Source of the DNA: a virus
Lineage: Duplodnaviria > Caudoviricetes
Virus record (IMG/VR): IMGVR_UViG_3300020045_013430
Span: 1-38,736 of that record
Direction: 5' to 3' (one strand)
Length of the DNA stretch: 38,736 bases
Each line of letters opens with the position of its first letter. Position 1 is the first letter of the stretch. The notes below the pieces were generated by a model. The model was not told the DNA's origin and did not search any database. It was given only the letters and a program-made list of their open reading frames with translations. The position numbers and the translations under genes were made by a program. Of the stretch, positions 7,153-16,476 are shown piece after piece.

Positions 7153-10077
7153 CTATAGAGTAGTGAGAAATACGGAAGTGCCAAAAGTAGGCGTCTGACC
7201 ATCACCAGCAATATACGATTCGAACTTGTAGTACCAATCAGCAGGCACAAATAGCGCGATACTGAATTTATCTACAATACTGTCATTTGTAGTGACTTTG
7301 GACGCAGCTGTATTCACCATAATGCCGACAGTCGAGACAGTATTTGCAACTCCGTTAGTTGGGCCCTTCTTGAGTATGATGAAGGAGGCACCATCAAAGT
7401 TGTTGGCGGCTGATATTTGCTGACAGATAACTGCAGTCTCCACCATCACAGCATGGCCAGTAGTATTATGATAGACAGTATCGACAGCACCAGAAAAGGA
7501 TGAGATGGCTGGTAGTGAGCTCACCCACGCCGACCCATCCCATACCAGCAAGTCTCCGGTTGTCTCGCTGCCAGGGTCAGGGATACCTCCGCTGCCTGTT
7601 GAGAGAGCGACAAAGGCTGTGCCGTTGTGGTAGTAGAGACTATGGTCGGTATCACTATACAGCATCCCCTCAACAGGAGAGGCTGGAGCAGATACTGTCG
7701 GGGAGAGTTCTATGAGTGTCTTTGCCTTCAGTCTTTCCGCACATACCATATAGTACGGATAGGTATTATCACCCAGCTGTTCAGTTGTATCGCCAGGAAG
7801 CCAATTCCCTCTTGTAGTGACTATGCCGCCGATTGAACCTATCAGCATGTTGTGGACTGTAGGGTCAGTCTTACACAATATGCTCCAAGTTTTCGCAGCA
7901 CCTACTCCACTGCAATACATAAGGCCAACTGCAGTAGAGGCATCGTAGTAGAATGTGCAGATACCACTAGCTCCAATCATAGATAGCCCAGCTGCGTCTA
8001 GCCTAATCGCACCTGCACCTGCATATATACAGCCATCAGCTCCTACGTAACACTGTATTGTTCCGGCCTGTGTTGCGCGAGTGGTGAGGGCATTTGCAGT
8101 CCCGTAGATATTGATACCTGTGGTGGCAGAAATATCCACTCCAGACTGACTATACCACAGCCCGTCCTTGACAGTATCAGCAGTCAGCTTTAGATGTCCG
8201 GCTGAAACTTCGGTTGTATAGATAGTTGGTATCTTCTTGCCACCACCAAAGTCATAGCTGACCAGCCCACTCATATGTATGATGTCAGGAGTAATGAGCG
8301 GCTCTTTGCCTCTGGAGGGAATGACCATAGCATTGATGTCAGCAGTACTTCCACCCTTCACAGCACACACCAGTCCAGTCTTCTCGTCCATCACTGATAC
8401 GTAGTCAGCTGTCACCAACAGCCTCGTCGGAGTGGCATTATCCAGGTCGAAGTACACATAGTACAGTGCGGTCGAGTCAGGCAGTGTGCAGGAGGCTGCT
8501 GGAGTCGCGTCTGCCGGACTAGTTGCGATGTGGGTGATAGACTGAGTAGTGCCGTCATAGAACTTGACTGTGCCTGCAGTCACCCCAACTGTTCTATATG
8601 CACTAGCTGCAAAGGTAATAGAGTGTTGATACCCCTGAACAGCAGCTGGAATCGTGTAGTCCCATGAGTAGTCAGGAGCAAATGTCACTTCGGTCGGGTC
8701 AGTGTGAGTGGTGAGGTCGTTAAGGTCGCTGATGAGAGAGTTCAGTCCGAACTGGCCCAGCTTCGACACGATGCCGCCCAACTGCAACTCAACATTATAG
8801 ACTCCAGTTCTCTTATCGTACTTCCTATCAATCCGACCAACTCTGCCCTTTGTAACAAGATTGGCGCGTGCATCAGTCACCTGCACCATATCATACAGTT
8901 CCTGCTGCACATTCATGGGAGCAATTATCTTCCCTTGATTAGCCTCAGCAACTCGCTGCGCAATCCAGGCAGTGGCTCTAGCTGTAGCAATTCCAGTTGA
9001 CGTAATAGTGGGGTCAACCTCTATAGTCGTGACTGTACCTATACGCGCAACCGAGACAGCATCATTAGCTGTACCTGCATATGTAGCCGCTGTATTGCTG
9101 TCAGGCATCTTGTCTACAAAGACCACAGTATTCGGAATGATAATAGACTGTTCCTTGCTCTCCGCAAAGAAAACATGGGTGGTCTGGTAGGAGTAGTCAG
9201 CTACTGCCGCTGTGTCCAAATACAGCACATGCAACTTATCATCATTCTCCAGCCGTGCACCACAAGAGGACATCTGTAGCAGCTGTCTCACAATACCTCT
9301 AATGGGTGCGGCTGTGGGTGTGTAGAGGAGTGGCTGGTAAGTGTTGATGGTGTTTGCAGTGTCGTCGGAGTCCAGCTCCACTCCACCCACAATACCTGTG
9401 AGAGTCGACAGGATAGAGGTAAGTATGGCCAGGATTGTAGTGTTCTCTTTCCACACTCCACCAGCAGCTGCTGATATGGCTGTCTGACTCACTACACCCG
9501 AGCATCTCCCAACAGCCCCTGCAACAATCTCACCAACAGTGAAGCTACCCGACTTGTTGATGACTTGAATAAAGCCTTCACCAACCGAGACTAGTGTAGC
9601 AGTATTGAGCGACGTCTGGCCTGTGACGGTCTCGCCAGGTACAAAATCTGCACCATTCACAATAGTCCCCACTACCACATCACCTGCTGAGACTAACCCT
9701 GACTGTGCCATCTTGTACCAGTCGTCAAAGCAGGTGAACTCAACTGCCAGCCCACCCTCAACAGAAACTGTCCGCTGTGACAGCACCCACAGTCGCCTAG
9801 TATTAGAGTACTCATCAGACGGAGTAACAAATCCATACCCCAGGTCCAGCTGATACCCTCTCAAGTCGAGAGCTGAGAGAGCCTGGTCAAAGTTGTCAAT
9901 GGTGATGACTGCCATTCCACCGAACGGCTCCTCGTAGTCATTCACTGACAGTATAGAGTTTGTGGTGTGGGTGGTGTAGATGTAGCTGTTGGTACTGTAG
10001 GAAAAGCGAGCATAGATATAGGGCACTCTTGTTGCACTCCGCTGTGCTGTCAATAGTCCCGCACTAATACTTCTCAT
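7153..10077 (-). CDS. large tail/baseplate protein with receptor-binding-like C-terminus, 974 aa
   Basis: Thr/Gly/Ser-rich beta protein; ELYDMVQVTD…RVGRIDRKYD hub-like segment; GDLLVWDGSAWV fibre repeat. Confidence 0.75.
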   Translation of the reverse strand: MRSISAGLLTAQRSATRVPYIYARFSYSTNSYIYTTHTTNSILSVNDYEEPFGGMAVITIDNFDQALSALDLRGYQLDLGYGFVTPSDEYSNTRRLWVLSQRTVSVEGGLAVEFTCFDDWYKMAQSGLVSAGDVVVGTIVNGADFVPGETVTGQTSLNTATLVSVGEGFIQVINKSGSFTVGEIVAGAVGRCSGVVSQTAISAAAGGVWKENTTILAILTSILSTLTGIVGGVELDSDDTANTINTYQPLLYTPTAAPIRGIVRQLLQMSSCGARLENDDKLHVLYLDTAAVADYSYQTTHVFFAESKEQSIIIPNTVVFVDKMPDSNTAATYAGTANDAVSVARIGTVTTIEVDPTITSTGIATARATAWIAQRVAEANQGKIIAPMNVQQELYDMVQVTDARANLVTKGRVGRIDRKYDKRTGVYNVELQLGGIVSKLGQFGLNSLISDLNDLTTHTDPTEVTFAPDYSWDYTIPAAVQGYQHSITFAASAYRTVGVTAGTVKFYDGTTQSITHIATSPADATPAASCTLPDSTALYYVYFDLDNATPTRLLVTADYVSVMDEKTGLVCAVKGGSTADINAMVIPSRGKEPLITPDIIHMSGLVSYDFGGGKKIPTIYTTEVSAGHLKLTADTVKDGLWYSQSGVDISATTGINIYGTANALTTRATQAGTIQCYVGADGCIYAGAGAIRLDAAGLSMIGASGICTFYYDASTAVGLMYCSGVGAAKTWSILCKTDPTVHNMLIGSIGGIVTTRGNWLPGDTTEQLGDNTYPYYMVCAERLKAKTLIELSPTVSAPASPVEGMLYSDTDHSLYYHNGTAFVALSTGSGGIPDPGSETTGDLLVWDGSAWVSSLPAISSFSGAVDTVYHNTTGHAVMVETAVICQQISAANNFDGASFIILKKGPTNGVANTVSTVGIMVNTAASKVTTNDSIVDKFSIALFVPADWYYKFESYIAGDGQTPTFGTSVFLTTL

Positions 10078-10109
10078 CCTACAGTACCCCCATTGACTGG
10101 TGTGACTGA

Positions 10110-10442
10110 CTAATCTTCCACTGCAGGCGTGCCGACGAATTTCCGGTACAAACTCAGGTGGTCAACAGTAAGCTTGGGCGGGTCAGCCTTTTCCATTTCC
10201 AGCAAGGCCTTCTTCACTATCTCGACAGTCTTGACTCCCATCGGAATAGTGAAGTCAGGAGCAGATGCCTTCCATGCCAGCCCGCCTGCATCATTTGCCT
10301 TAAGCTCAATCTCCTCAATCTCAGCTTCTGTAAAGACTAGCTTCTTCATCAGCTGCTCGGCCAGGGCCAGTGTCACGTAGTCCTTGCCAGCCTTTGGCAG
10401 CACCTGCTGCAAAATGATCCTTTCCTTGACTGTGAGTTCCAT
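10110..10442 (-). CDS. hypothetical protein, possibly a tail fibre assembly/chaperone
   Basis: GGAGGAG RBS; downstream of the fibre gene. Confidence 0.6.
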   Translation of the reverse strand: MELTVKERIILQQVLPKAGKDYVTLALAEQLMKKLVFTEAEIEEIELKANDAGGLAWKASAPDFTIPMGVKTVEIVKKALLEMEKADPPKLTVDHLSLYRKFVGTPAVED

Positions 10443-10655
10443 CTACTTAACTACTCCTCCTGCGTCTGTTAACGGTTCCTTTTGGATAGGGTTTATTGCG
10501 ATGGGCTTGGTACTTACCACGCTCAGTATTTGCGCCTTGGTCCTGTTATACGGTTTCCGGGCTGTGATCGCCGCTGCTTTCTCCGTGTCCAGAATCCTCT
10601 GAGCTATCATGGACTGGCCCGAAGTGAGTATGTCCTTACCCTTCATCGTCGGCAT
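10443..10655 (-). CDS. hypothetical protein, 70 aa
   Basis: AGGAG RBS; abuts the next gene. Confidence 0.6.
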   Translation of the reverse strand: MPTMKGKDILTSGQSMIAQRILDTEKAAAITARKPYNRTKAQILSVVSTKPIAINPIQKEPLTDAGGVVK

Positions 10656-10675
10656 TGTTCGCTCCTAGTTCACTT

Positions 10676-12655
10676 CTACGGGTCTTGATTGGTTACCAGC
10701 AACGCCGTGGTGTCCAAGGCGATGTCATAGAGCAGTCGCATGTTCTGGACGTAGGCCGCCTGCCCTGCATCAGAGGTCTTAGCGTAGATTTGCAGTAAAT
10801 CTCCGGGCACCAGGCCAGTCAGGTCCTCGCTCTTGGTCACGTAACCACCTGTCACATCGGTCTGCTCGGTTCCTATTGCACCAGCGTTCTTGTACACCCG
10901 CCCGGTTGCCGTTGCACCTCCGCCTGCTGTCTTGAGTTCGAAGGTGATGCGAAAGCCCGGCACGGTCGCCTTGACCTTGATCTCCTTAATCTTGGTGTAG
11001 CCAGTGGCAACGGTAGACTTCTCGGTGTCATTGCTGTTCTTGAGGTTGGCACTAGCGGTGGTGGTGAACCCGGCTGCACCGACGAATGCTCCGCCATCTC
11101 GGGCCAGTTTCAACGCCTGACACTCCGCATAGCCAGAGGCGTAAAACTTGGTTTCCTGAGACAAGCCAACCCCGAAGAAGGGGTCATTGGCGTTCTGCCA
11201 GCGGGCAACTTCCACGAACGCTGCCCCGTCAACATCCCTGGCAAGGAGGTTGGCATACTGCCCATCGGTACTGGTAGCAACCTGAATACCCTGCCCTGTA
11301 CTCAAAACCAAATTTGAGCCAGCAGAGAGCACCAGATTGCCACCACCGCTTAGAACCAGATTTGAGGCGGGTGTCAATGTCATATTTCCGCTGTCTGTGC
11401 GGAGGGTAGGAGGAACACAGAGAGCCATTGTCGCGTTGTTGTTCTCCAGATAGAATCCCAGGACAGAATTGATGCTGAACTTGGCTTGTGATTTCGGAGC
11501 AGCTCCACCTGTCACCATGTCGTGCAGGATGTCCAGCCCCCACTCGGTGTTCACATCCCCGTCAGTGCGGTAGTACGCCGACAGCTTCAGTGTGGGAGAA
11601 TCAGCTATGTTCCCGGCCCCGGCAGCAGCGTTAGACCCCAGCAGTTGCAGACTGCGCCCGGTGCCCACGGTGCCCCACATATGGATGTCCTGAGCTACGT
11701 TGTTATTGAGACGCATCGTGCCATCAGCACTGCGAATGTACACCTTGTTGTCAGTGTCCATGTAGATTACTGAGCGTGCGGTACCAGTGGAGTTGTACCA
11801 GTTGAGATAGGTGCCGTTATCAATCGCACCGTCAAGCCGGTAATGACCACCGGTGCTGTAGATGGCGTAGTTGCTGGCGGCCCCTGATGGTGTGTCGATG
11901 TACAGAGCACAGTTGAGCGTGCCGCCACGGGTGAGCGCCGCGATCTTGGTGCCGTAATTGTTAGTGATGCGGCCTGTGCCGGTAGCGTCCCGCACATCCA
12001 CGCCAATGTAATCCGTGACTATGGCGCCAGCCACAGCCTCGGCTGCATCATCCAGTCTGGCAATGAGAGTAGATATCCCGGTTATGGTTCCGGTTGCGCC
12101 TGCGTCTACCTTGGTGAGGAACACGCCGCCGTACATGCCAACCGTGTTCGTCCAGTTCTGGGTGTTGCCCGCACCGCAGCGCACGATAGCCTCGAATCCA
12201 TGAGCCGTTGCGGTGTAATCCCCCACTGTCTGGCTCAGAATGGTGTTCAACTGACCGCCATAAATAGAGTCAGACTGAGTGCCAAATGTCTCGCTGTACT
12301 TCAGGCCAACCAGCGGGTCAATGTCGGACAGGGCCAGGCCGATGTGGTCGGCACGGAGCCCCACATAGGCGCCATCGGCGTTGTTGCGGACCTTGACTAC
12401 GCCGGCATCATCGGTGATGAAAGTGTCTGGCAGGTGCAATCCCTTCCAGCCTAATGTTGCAGAGCCAAGATAATATGTGTCGTCCGCACTCGGCTTCCAG
12501 TCACCCGCCACCGACGTCGCATAGACCAGCGTATCCACATAGATACTCCGCCACGACTTCGCAGCACTACCCAAATCATAGGTATTATCAGCAGCTGGCA
12601 GAATACTCTGCGAAGGACTGATTGGTGTGTACTTTACTATTCCACTCGTAGGCAT
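10676..12655 (-). CDS. tail fibre / receptor-binding protein, 659 aa
   Basis: Two P..D.TY.LGSA…W repeats; NLVLS repeated three times at 8-aa spacing; beta-strand-rich. Confidence 0.75.
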   Translation of the reverse strand: MPTSGIVKYTPISPSQSILPAADNTYDLGSAAKSWRSIYVDTLVYATSVAGDWKPSADDTYYLGSATLGWKGLHLPDTFITDDAGVVKVRNNADGAYVGLRADHIGLALSDIDPLVGLKYSETFGTQSDSIYGGQLNTILSQTVGDYTATAHGFEAIVRCGAGNTQNWTNTVGMYGGVFLTKVDAGATGTITGISTLIARLDDAAEAVAGAIVTDYIGVDVRDATGTGRITNNYGTKIAALTRGGTLNCALYIDTPSGAASNYAIYSTGGHYRLDGAIDNGTYLNWYNSTGTARSVIYMDTDNKVYIRSADGTMRLNNNVAQDIHMWGTVGTGRSLQLLGSNAAAGAGNIADSPTLKLSAYYRTDGDVNTEWGLDILHDMVTGGAAPKSQAKFSINSVLGFYLENNNATMALCVPPTLRTDSGNMTLTPASNLVLSGGGNLVLSAGSNLVLSTGQGIQVATSTDGQYANLLARDVDGAAFVEVARWQNANDPFFGVGLSQETKFYASGYAECQALKLARDGGAFVGAAGFTTTASANLKNSNDTEKSTVATGYTKIKEIKVKATVPGFRITFELKTAGGGATATGRVYKNAGAIGTEQTDVTGGYVTKSEDLTGLVPGDLLQIYAKTSDAGQAAYVQNMRLLYDIALDTTALLVTNQDP

Positions 12656-12664
12656 CGTTATCTC

Positions 12665-12988
12665 CTACTTCAGATACCCTGCAAAAATTCCCTCGCCTGT
12701 CACTGCCACATCAAAGTACACCTTATTCGCATCGTCGATAGGAATGTCGCAGCTCTCGCCAGGGTTCAGAATTTCTGTGCAGAGTGTGCTCGACACATCT
12801 GACCCGCCAATATAGACCGCACCTGTATTTGCAGGTTTGGATACAATATGCAGGTGATTGCAAGGTGTAGATGCGACCACCACCTGCAACTCAGTCCCTG
12901 CCGTAGTAGTGCGCGCTGGCAGGTTCGTCAGCACTCCATCAGTCTCGTCTCTCGGCACACCTATATTAAAGCTCCTAGCATATGTCAT
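12665..12988 (-). CDS. small beta-sandwich virion protein
   Basis: NTGAVYIGG…LNPGES pattern seen in phage accessory structural proteins; structural context. Confidence 0.55.
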   Translation of the reverse strand: MTYARSFNIGVPRDETDGVLTNLPARTTTAGTELQVVVASTPCNHLHIVSKPANTGAVYIGGSDVSSTLCTEILNPGESCDIPIDDANKVYFDVAVTGEGIFAGYLK

Positions 12989-12989
12989 G

Positions 12990-13187
12990 CTACACCTGCC
13001 CCATCATGTTCTGAGGTGGAGGTGACTGAGCTGGAGCCATCTTTTTCTTCATCATCTCTCCGCATATCGCAACAGCCTGGTCCTGCGGTCGGCCATTCTT
13101 AACTTCCGTTGCAATGCAGGAAGCCATAGTTGCCTTTATCTGGTCAGGACCACTCGCCTGGTTCAGTTTGTTCATCTCTGGAATCAT
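12990..13187 (-). CDS. small phage protein, 65 aa (…GRPQDQAVAIC…)
   Basis: GAGGAG RBS; QAVAI motif common in small head-module proteins. Confidence 0.65.
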   Translation of the reverse strand: MIPEMNKLNQASGPDQIKATMASCIATEVKNGRPQDQAVAICGEMMKKKMAPAQSPPPQNMMGQV

Positions 13188-13210
13188 GTTACGCTCCTCA
13201 TCTTGTGGGT

Positions 13211-13252
13211 GTGATAGGGGGTAGAAGACTACTTCCCTCTACCCCCTACCAC
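13211..13252 (-). terminator. strong hairpin after the capsid/decoration genes
   Basis: TAGGGGGTAGA/TCTACCCCCTA perfect 11-bp stem, extendable with G-U pairs on the minus strand; no U-tract. Confidence 0.55.
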
Positions 13253-13276
13253 TACCTGACTACAGACCAGGTTGTC

Positions 13277-13888
13277 CTATCCGACAGGAAGTTCAGTGGT
13301 GGGAACTGCGAACCAGTGGAAGCCGCATGTGAAGGTGGCACCAGTCACAGATGCTACCACCTGCAATGATATGCCACCAGTCGGAGGCACTATAATCCGG
13401 CCTCCAACAACAGCTTCCAGCAATCCGCCAGGAGTCGTGACAGTGACGGTCGTGTAGGAGCTGCCCCATGGGAACCAGCCATTATCCACAACAGTCGCTC
13501 CCACATCCATGATGCCAGCGGTACTGGTTGCAACTCCATTCGTGCTGTTGCGAATAGTAATATCGTTGGTCGGGGCAGTCATTCCAGCCGGATGGCTGCA
13601 CAGATACAGTCCATAATCCGACTGAGCGGCAGCCACCAGATTATGCCCAAACGCTCGCTCAATGACCAGGTTCTTGTCGGTGCTGTTATTGTACAACGTC
13701 ACCATTGCAGTCGTGGTGGGCCGGACTACAAGTGCCGCAACAGCCGACGTTGCCATTGCCTGGAAGCCGTATCCTTTGGCGGTCCAGATGATTTGAGGAG
13801 GGAGAGTCAGTACCTGTCCGTAAGGCGTAACCTTTACGTCTACCTCATCTCCAGTGTTTGAGTTGATGCCGCGAATCTTAGCTTGCAT
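13277..13888 (-). CDS. putative virion decoration protein, 203 aa
   Basis: Thr/Val/Gly-rich beta protein in the capsid operon; AAGGAAG RBS. Confidence 0.6.
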   Translation of the reverse strand: MQAKIRGINSNTGDEVDVKVTPYGQVLTLPPQIIWTAKGYGFQAMATSAVAALVVRPTTTAMVTLYNNSTDKNLVIERAFGHNLVAAAQSDYGLYLCSHPAGMTAPTNDITIRNSTNGVATSTAGIMDVGATVVDNGWFPWGSSYTTVTVTTPGGLLEAVVGGRIIVPPTGGISLQVVASVTGATFTCGFHWFAVPTTELPVG

Positions 13889-13973
13889 GGTTTAACTTCC
13901 TTCTTGTTATTTTGTCTCAGAACTGAATCCCAAACAAAAGCTGCTACCTTACCTGTCGCACTCCTTTCTCCTA

Positions 13974-14291
13974 TCAAGTCACCGAAATGTCCGGCTCATG
14001 ATAGGCTCCGCCCAGCGACTCCACAGCTTCTATGAGGTCGTCCAGGCTGTACTCACTTCCCTCCATGAACGACTCGTCCAGCACACCTCTGTCTATGAGT
14101 GTGCGGACAAGCACCGCAAAGAGGTTCGCCAGTGTGGTGACGGCACTCACCTGTTCGTAGGTCAGGCCAGTTGGAATGTCAGCTGACCGCAGCATGTCAG
14201 CAATCGCTCGCTTGGTGCTGTTGCCGCTCTGGTCAGTCTCCACCACATAACCTGGCATGTATTGAGTTTGGACTATTGTTTTCTCAGGCAT
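13974..14291 (-). CDS. hypothetical head-module protein
   Basis: GAGGAG RBS before MPEK. Confidence 0.65.
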   Translation of the reverse strand: MPEKTIVQTQYMPGYVVETDQSGNSTKRAIADMLRSADIPTGLTYEQVSAVTTLANLFAVLVRTLIDRGVLDESFMEGSEYSLDDLIEAVESLGGAYHEPDISVT

Positions 14292-14309
14292 CAGTTGTCT
14301 CCTCACCCT

Positions 14310-14750
14310 CTACAGTCGTATGAATGGGTGGCGAGTCACCAGCACGGTGATGTAGCCGAAGTCATTGCTGACCGTCGCATTGATGCGGAGATAGCGCTTG
14401 TTGGTAGCGAAGTATACCAACGCTATGTTGGGTGTCTCGCTACCAATAATCACTCCGGTCGTTGCAGAGGCTATCTGGAAACTGCCTAGCCGCTCAATTC
14501 CTGTAGCTGTGCCGGTCATGTCCTCAGTGTCGCTTGCCTGTAGATAGGCTGTCAGCGTATAGGCATCAGCTCCACCAGCAAGGTCAGAGAGCGTCATGAC
14601 TGCTACCAGTCCATTCTTCCCTGTTCCCTGCAGGTCCAGCACCGCAGCACCAGTCGCAGCATCACGAGTTGTTGAGATGGCGGGAGTGTCAGTAACTGTC
14701 GTACTAACAACCGAGCCATCCATCAGAACTAAATTAGCATCAAAGGCCAT
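14310..14750 (-). CDS. capsid cement/decoration protein (Bbp16-like)
   Basis: MAFDANL…VLDL…LQASD…KRYLRINATV pattern, directly after the major capsid gene. Confidence 0.7.
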   Translation of the reverse strand: MAFDANLVLMDGSVVSTTVTDTPAISTTRDAATGAAVLDLQGTGKNGLVAVMTLSDLAGGADAYTLTAYLQASDTEDMTGTATGIERLGSFQIASATTGVIIGSETPNIALVYFATNKRYLRINATVSNDFGYITVLVTRHPFIRL

Positions 14751-14787
14751 TAGCGTTTCCCCTTTCTTTACAGTCTCAGCAGTATCA

Positions 14788-15768
14788 TCAGGATGAGGAG
14801 TCTGGCACCACTCCGTACAGTCTCGCAATGCTGCGAGGAGAGACTGTTGCCAGTCCGTGAGGCCAGTCGATGCGTGTCCGGTACTTGGGAGCCGTCTGCA
14901 GCTCGCCCAGGTCCGTCACTTCCATCGGGTACTCTTGTATGCCCCAGGTCTCGTCGCCTATGCCGAACTTGACAGCATAGATAGAAGTACACTCAGTACC
15001 ACCAGAAGCAACGCCGGCAGAAGTTTCAGTGTTTAGGATTATCTCGGTCGTCTGGTCAGCTCTCGTGCCGATATCTACCAGTCTCGTATTCCCGTACATG
15101 TCGATAGTTCGCCCGAACATGTCGGCTGCATTGTTGAGCAGTTTCTCTTTCCTCAGCAGTGCTCTGACCGCCAGCAGACACTTCTTGTTCATCAGCAGGT
15201 AGTCTGGATTATGCCCATCAATTGCGTAGACAAGCTTATCCAAGTCATTGAGGAAAGAGTGGCTGGTGGCAGAATCATACAGTATGCCTGTATCATAGTC
15301 TGCACACTGTATCTTCTGGTCAGTGTAACCATCAGCTGCTATATCATCCACCCTCAGTCTCAGTCCTTTGAACTCCTCGGGGTCTGAGGTAGGATTACCG
15401 GCAATGAATTTCCAGTTGAACTGGAAGGCGGCAGACTTGAGTGCCATCGTCTGCTGTATTGCACGAGCATCAGCAATCGTGTTCTTCGCTCGAGCGATAG
15501 CCTTGTCGGTGTCGATGTCCAACCCGCCCAAGCTGACACTTTCTACCCTCTGCTCGAATTTGCCGGTCGATTCACTGAAGCCCTCATTGACCTTCCTGTA
15601 GCCGAAAGACGGCAAGTCCTTGTACCGCACAATGGCAGTTGCAAGTGTGCCTATTGTCTCCCAGGGAATCAGCTCCAGCAAATTCGCATTCATCAACAGT
15701 GTGTCAATGACAGACTTGCGGAGCGGGTCAGTTTCTATCTTGCTAAGTTCTGCAAGAGTCCATGCCAT
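14788..15768 (-). CDS. major capsid protein (HK97 fold, BPP-1/epsilon15-like)
   Basis: TLAE…LPSFGYRKVNEG…GGLDIDTDK…EFKGL…TSIYAVKFG…RTRIDW; GGAGG RBS; lies between scaffold and cement. Confidence 0.9.
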   Translation of the reverse strand: MAWTLAELSKIETDPLRKSVIDTLLMNANLLELIPWETIGTLATAIVRYKDLPSFGYRKVNEGFSESTGKFEQRVESVSLGGLDIDTDKAIARAKNTIADARAIQQTMALKSAAFQFNWKFIAGNPTSDPEEFKGLRLRVDDIAADGYTDQKIQCADYDTGILYDSATSHSFLNDLDKLVYAIDGHNPDYLLMNKKCLLAVRALLRKEKLLNNAADMFGRTIDMYGNTRLVDIGTRADQTTEIILNTETSAGVASGGTECTSIYAVKFGIGDETWGIQEYPMEVTDLGELQTAPKYRTRIDWPHGLATVSPRSIARLYGVVPDSSS

Positions 15769-15780
15769 AGCGTGACCTCC

Positions 15781-16365
15781 TTACTTATTTGACCTGCTGT
15801 ATGCGTCTACAGCTAAGTCCATTGGTTTCCTGTTCGCGAGCGGGTTAGCACCGCCAGTACCTCCACCAACAGCAAAGTTGCCAGCTGCCTTATCACCTAT
15901 GACAGACTTGAGAACATCCTCATATACGTCCAGTTCGGCAAGCGTCTTCTTCTCGACAGTCGCCTTTGGTATGCCATATGTGGAGACAAGGACAGCTTTG
16001 CGGAGGTCCAGGTATCGCGAGCCCTGTGTTTCACTGCTTTTCTTGGCAGCCTCAAGGTCTGCCTTCACTCTTGCGAGCTCGGCAGCACTACCCTCATGTG
16101 CATGTAACTTTTCTTCCAGGCTAGCTGCTCTAGCCTCAGCGCCGAGTGCCTTCTGACGTTCTGCTTCGAGTTTGGTAGTAGCTTCAGCAACAGCCGTTGC
16201 GTGAGCCTCCTTCGCACTCTTAGCCTCTTTCTCAAAGGACTCTTTGCCCCCCTTTACAGCAAGCAAGTCAGACTCTTTCACCCACCTCACAGCTGCTCCA
16301 TCAGCACCCTTAACCACAAGGGCACCGTCTTTCTCATCTACTGTTCCGGTCACATCTGTAGCCAT
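15781..16365 (-). CDS. capsid scaffolding protein
   Basis: Ala/Glu/Lys coiled coil with a Gly-rich C-terminal tail, immediately upstream of the capsid gene. Confidence 0.75.
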   Translation of the reverse strand: MATDVTGTVDEKDGALVVKGADGAAVRWVKESDLLAVKGGKESFEKEAKSAKEAHATAVAEATTKLEAERQKALGAEARAASLEEKLHAHEGSAAELARVKADLEAAKKSSETQGSRYLDLRKAVLVSTYGIPKATVEKKTLAELDVYEDVLKSVIGDKAAGNFAVGGGTGGANPLANRKPMDLAVDAYSRSNK

Positions 16366-16388
16366 ATGGTCCACCCCTTATTATTATC

Positions 16389-16417
16389 AGTATACAACTT
16401 TTACTAGTTTGCAGCAA
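16389..16417 (-). promoter_or_regulatory. sigma70-type promoter of the scaffold-capsid operon
   Basis: TTGCTG-N17-TATACT on the minus strand. Confidence 0.7.
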
Positions 16418-16430
16418 TGAATGGAATTGT

Positions 16431-16476
16431 ATGGATGTATAATAATAATTACTCTACGTATAATTCATTATATTAT
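16431..16476. repeat. AT-rich regulatory element, copy 1
   Basis: TGGATGTATAATAATAAT…ACGTATAATT..TTATATTAT, near-identical to 27629-27673. Confidence 0.8.

Noticed and set aside
7153-12655. Diversity-generating retroelement or invertible fibre cassette
   Set aside because: No reverse transcriptase or invertase, and I found no template/variable repeat pair
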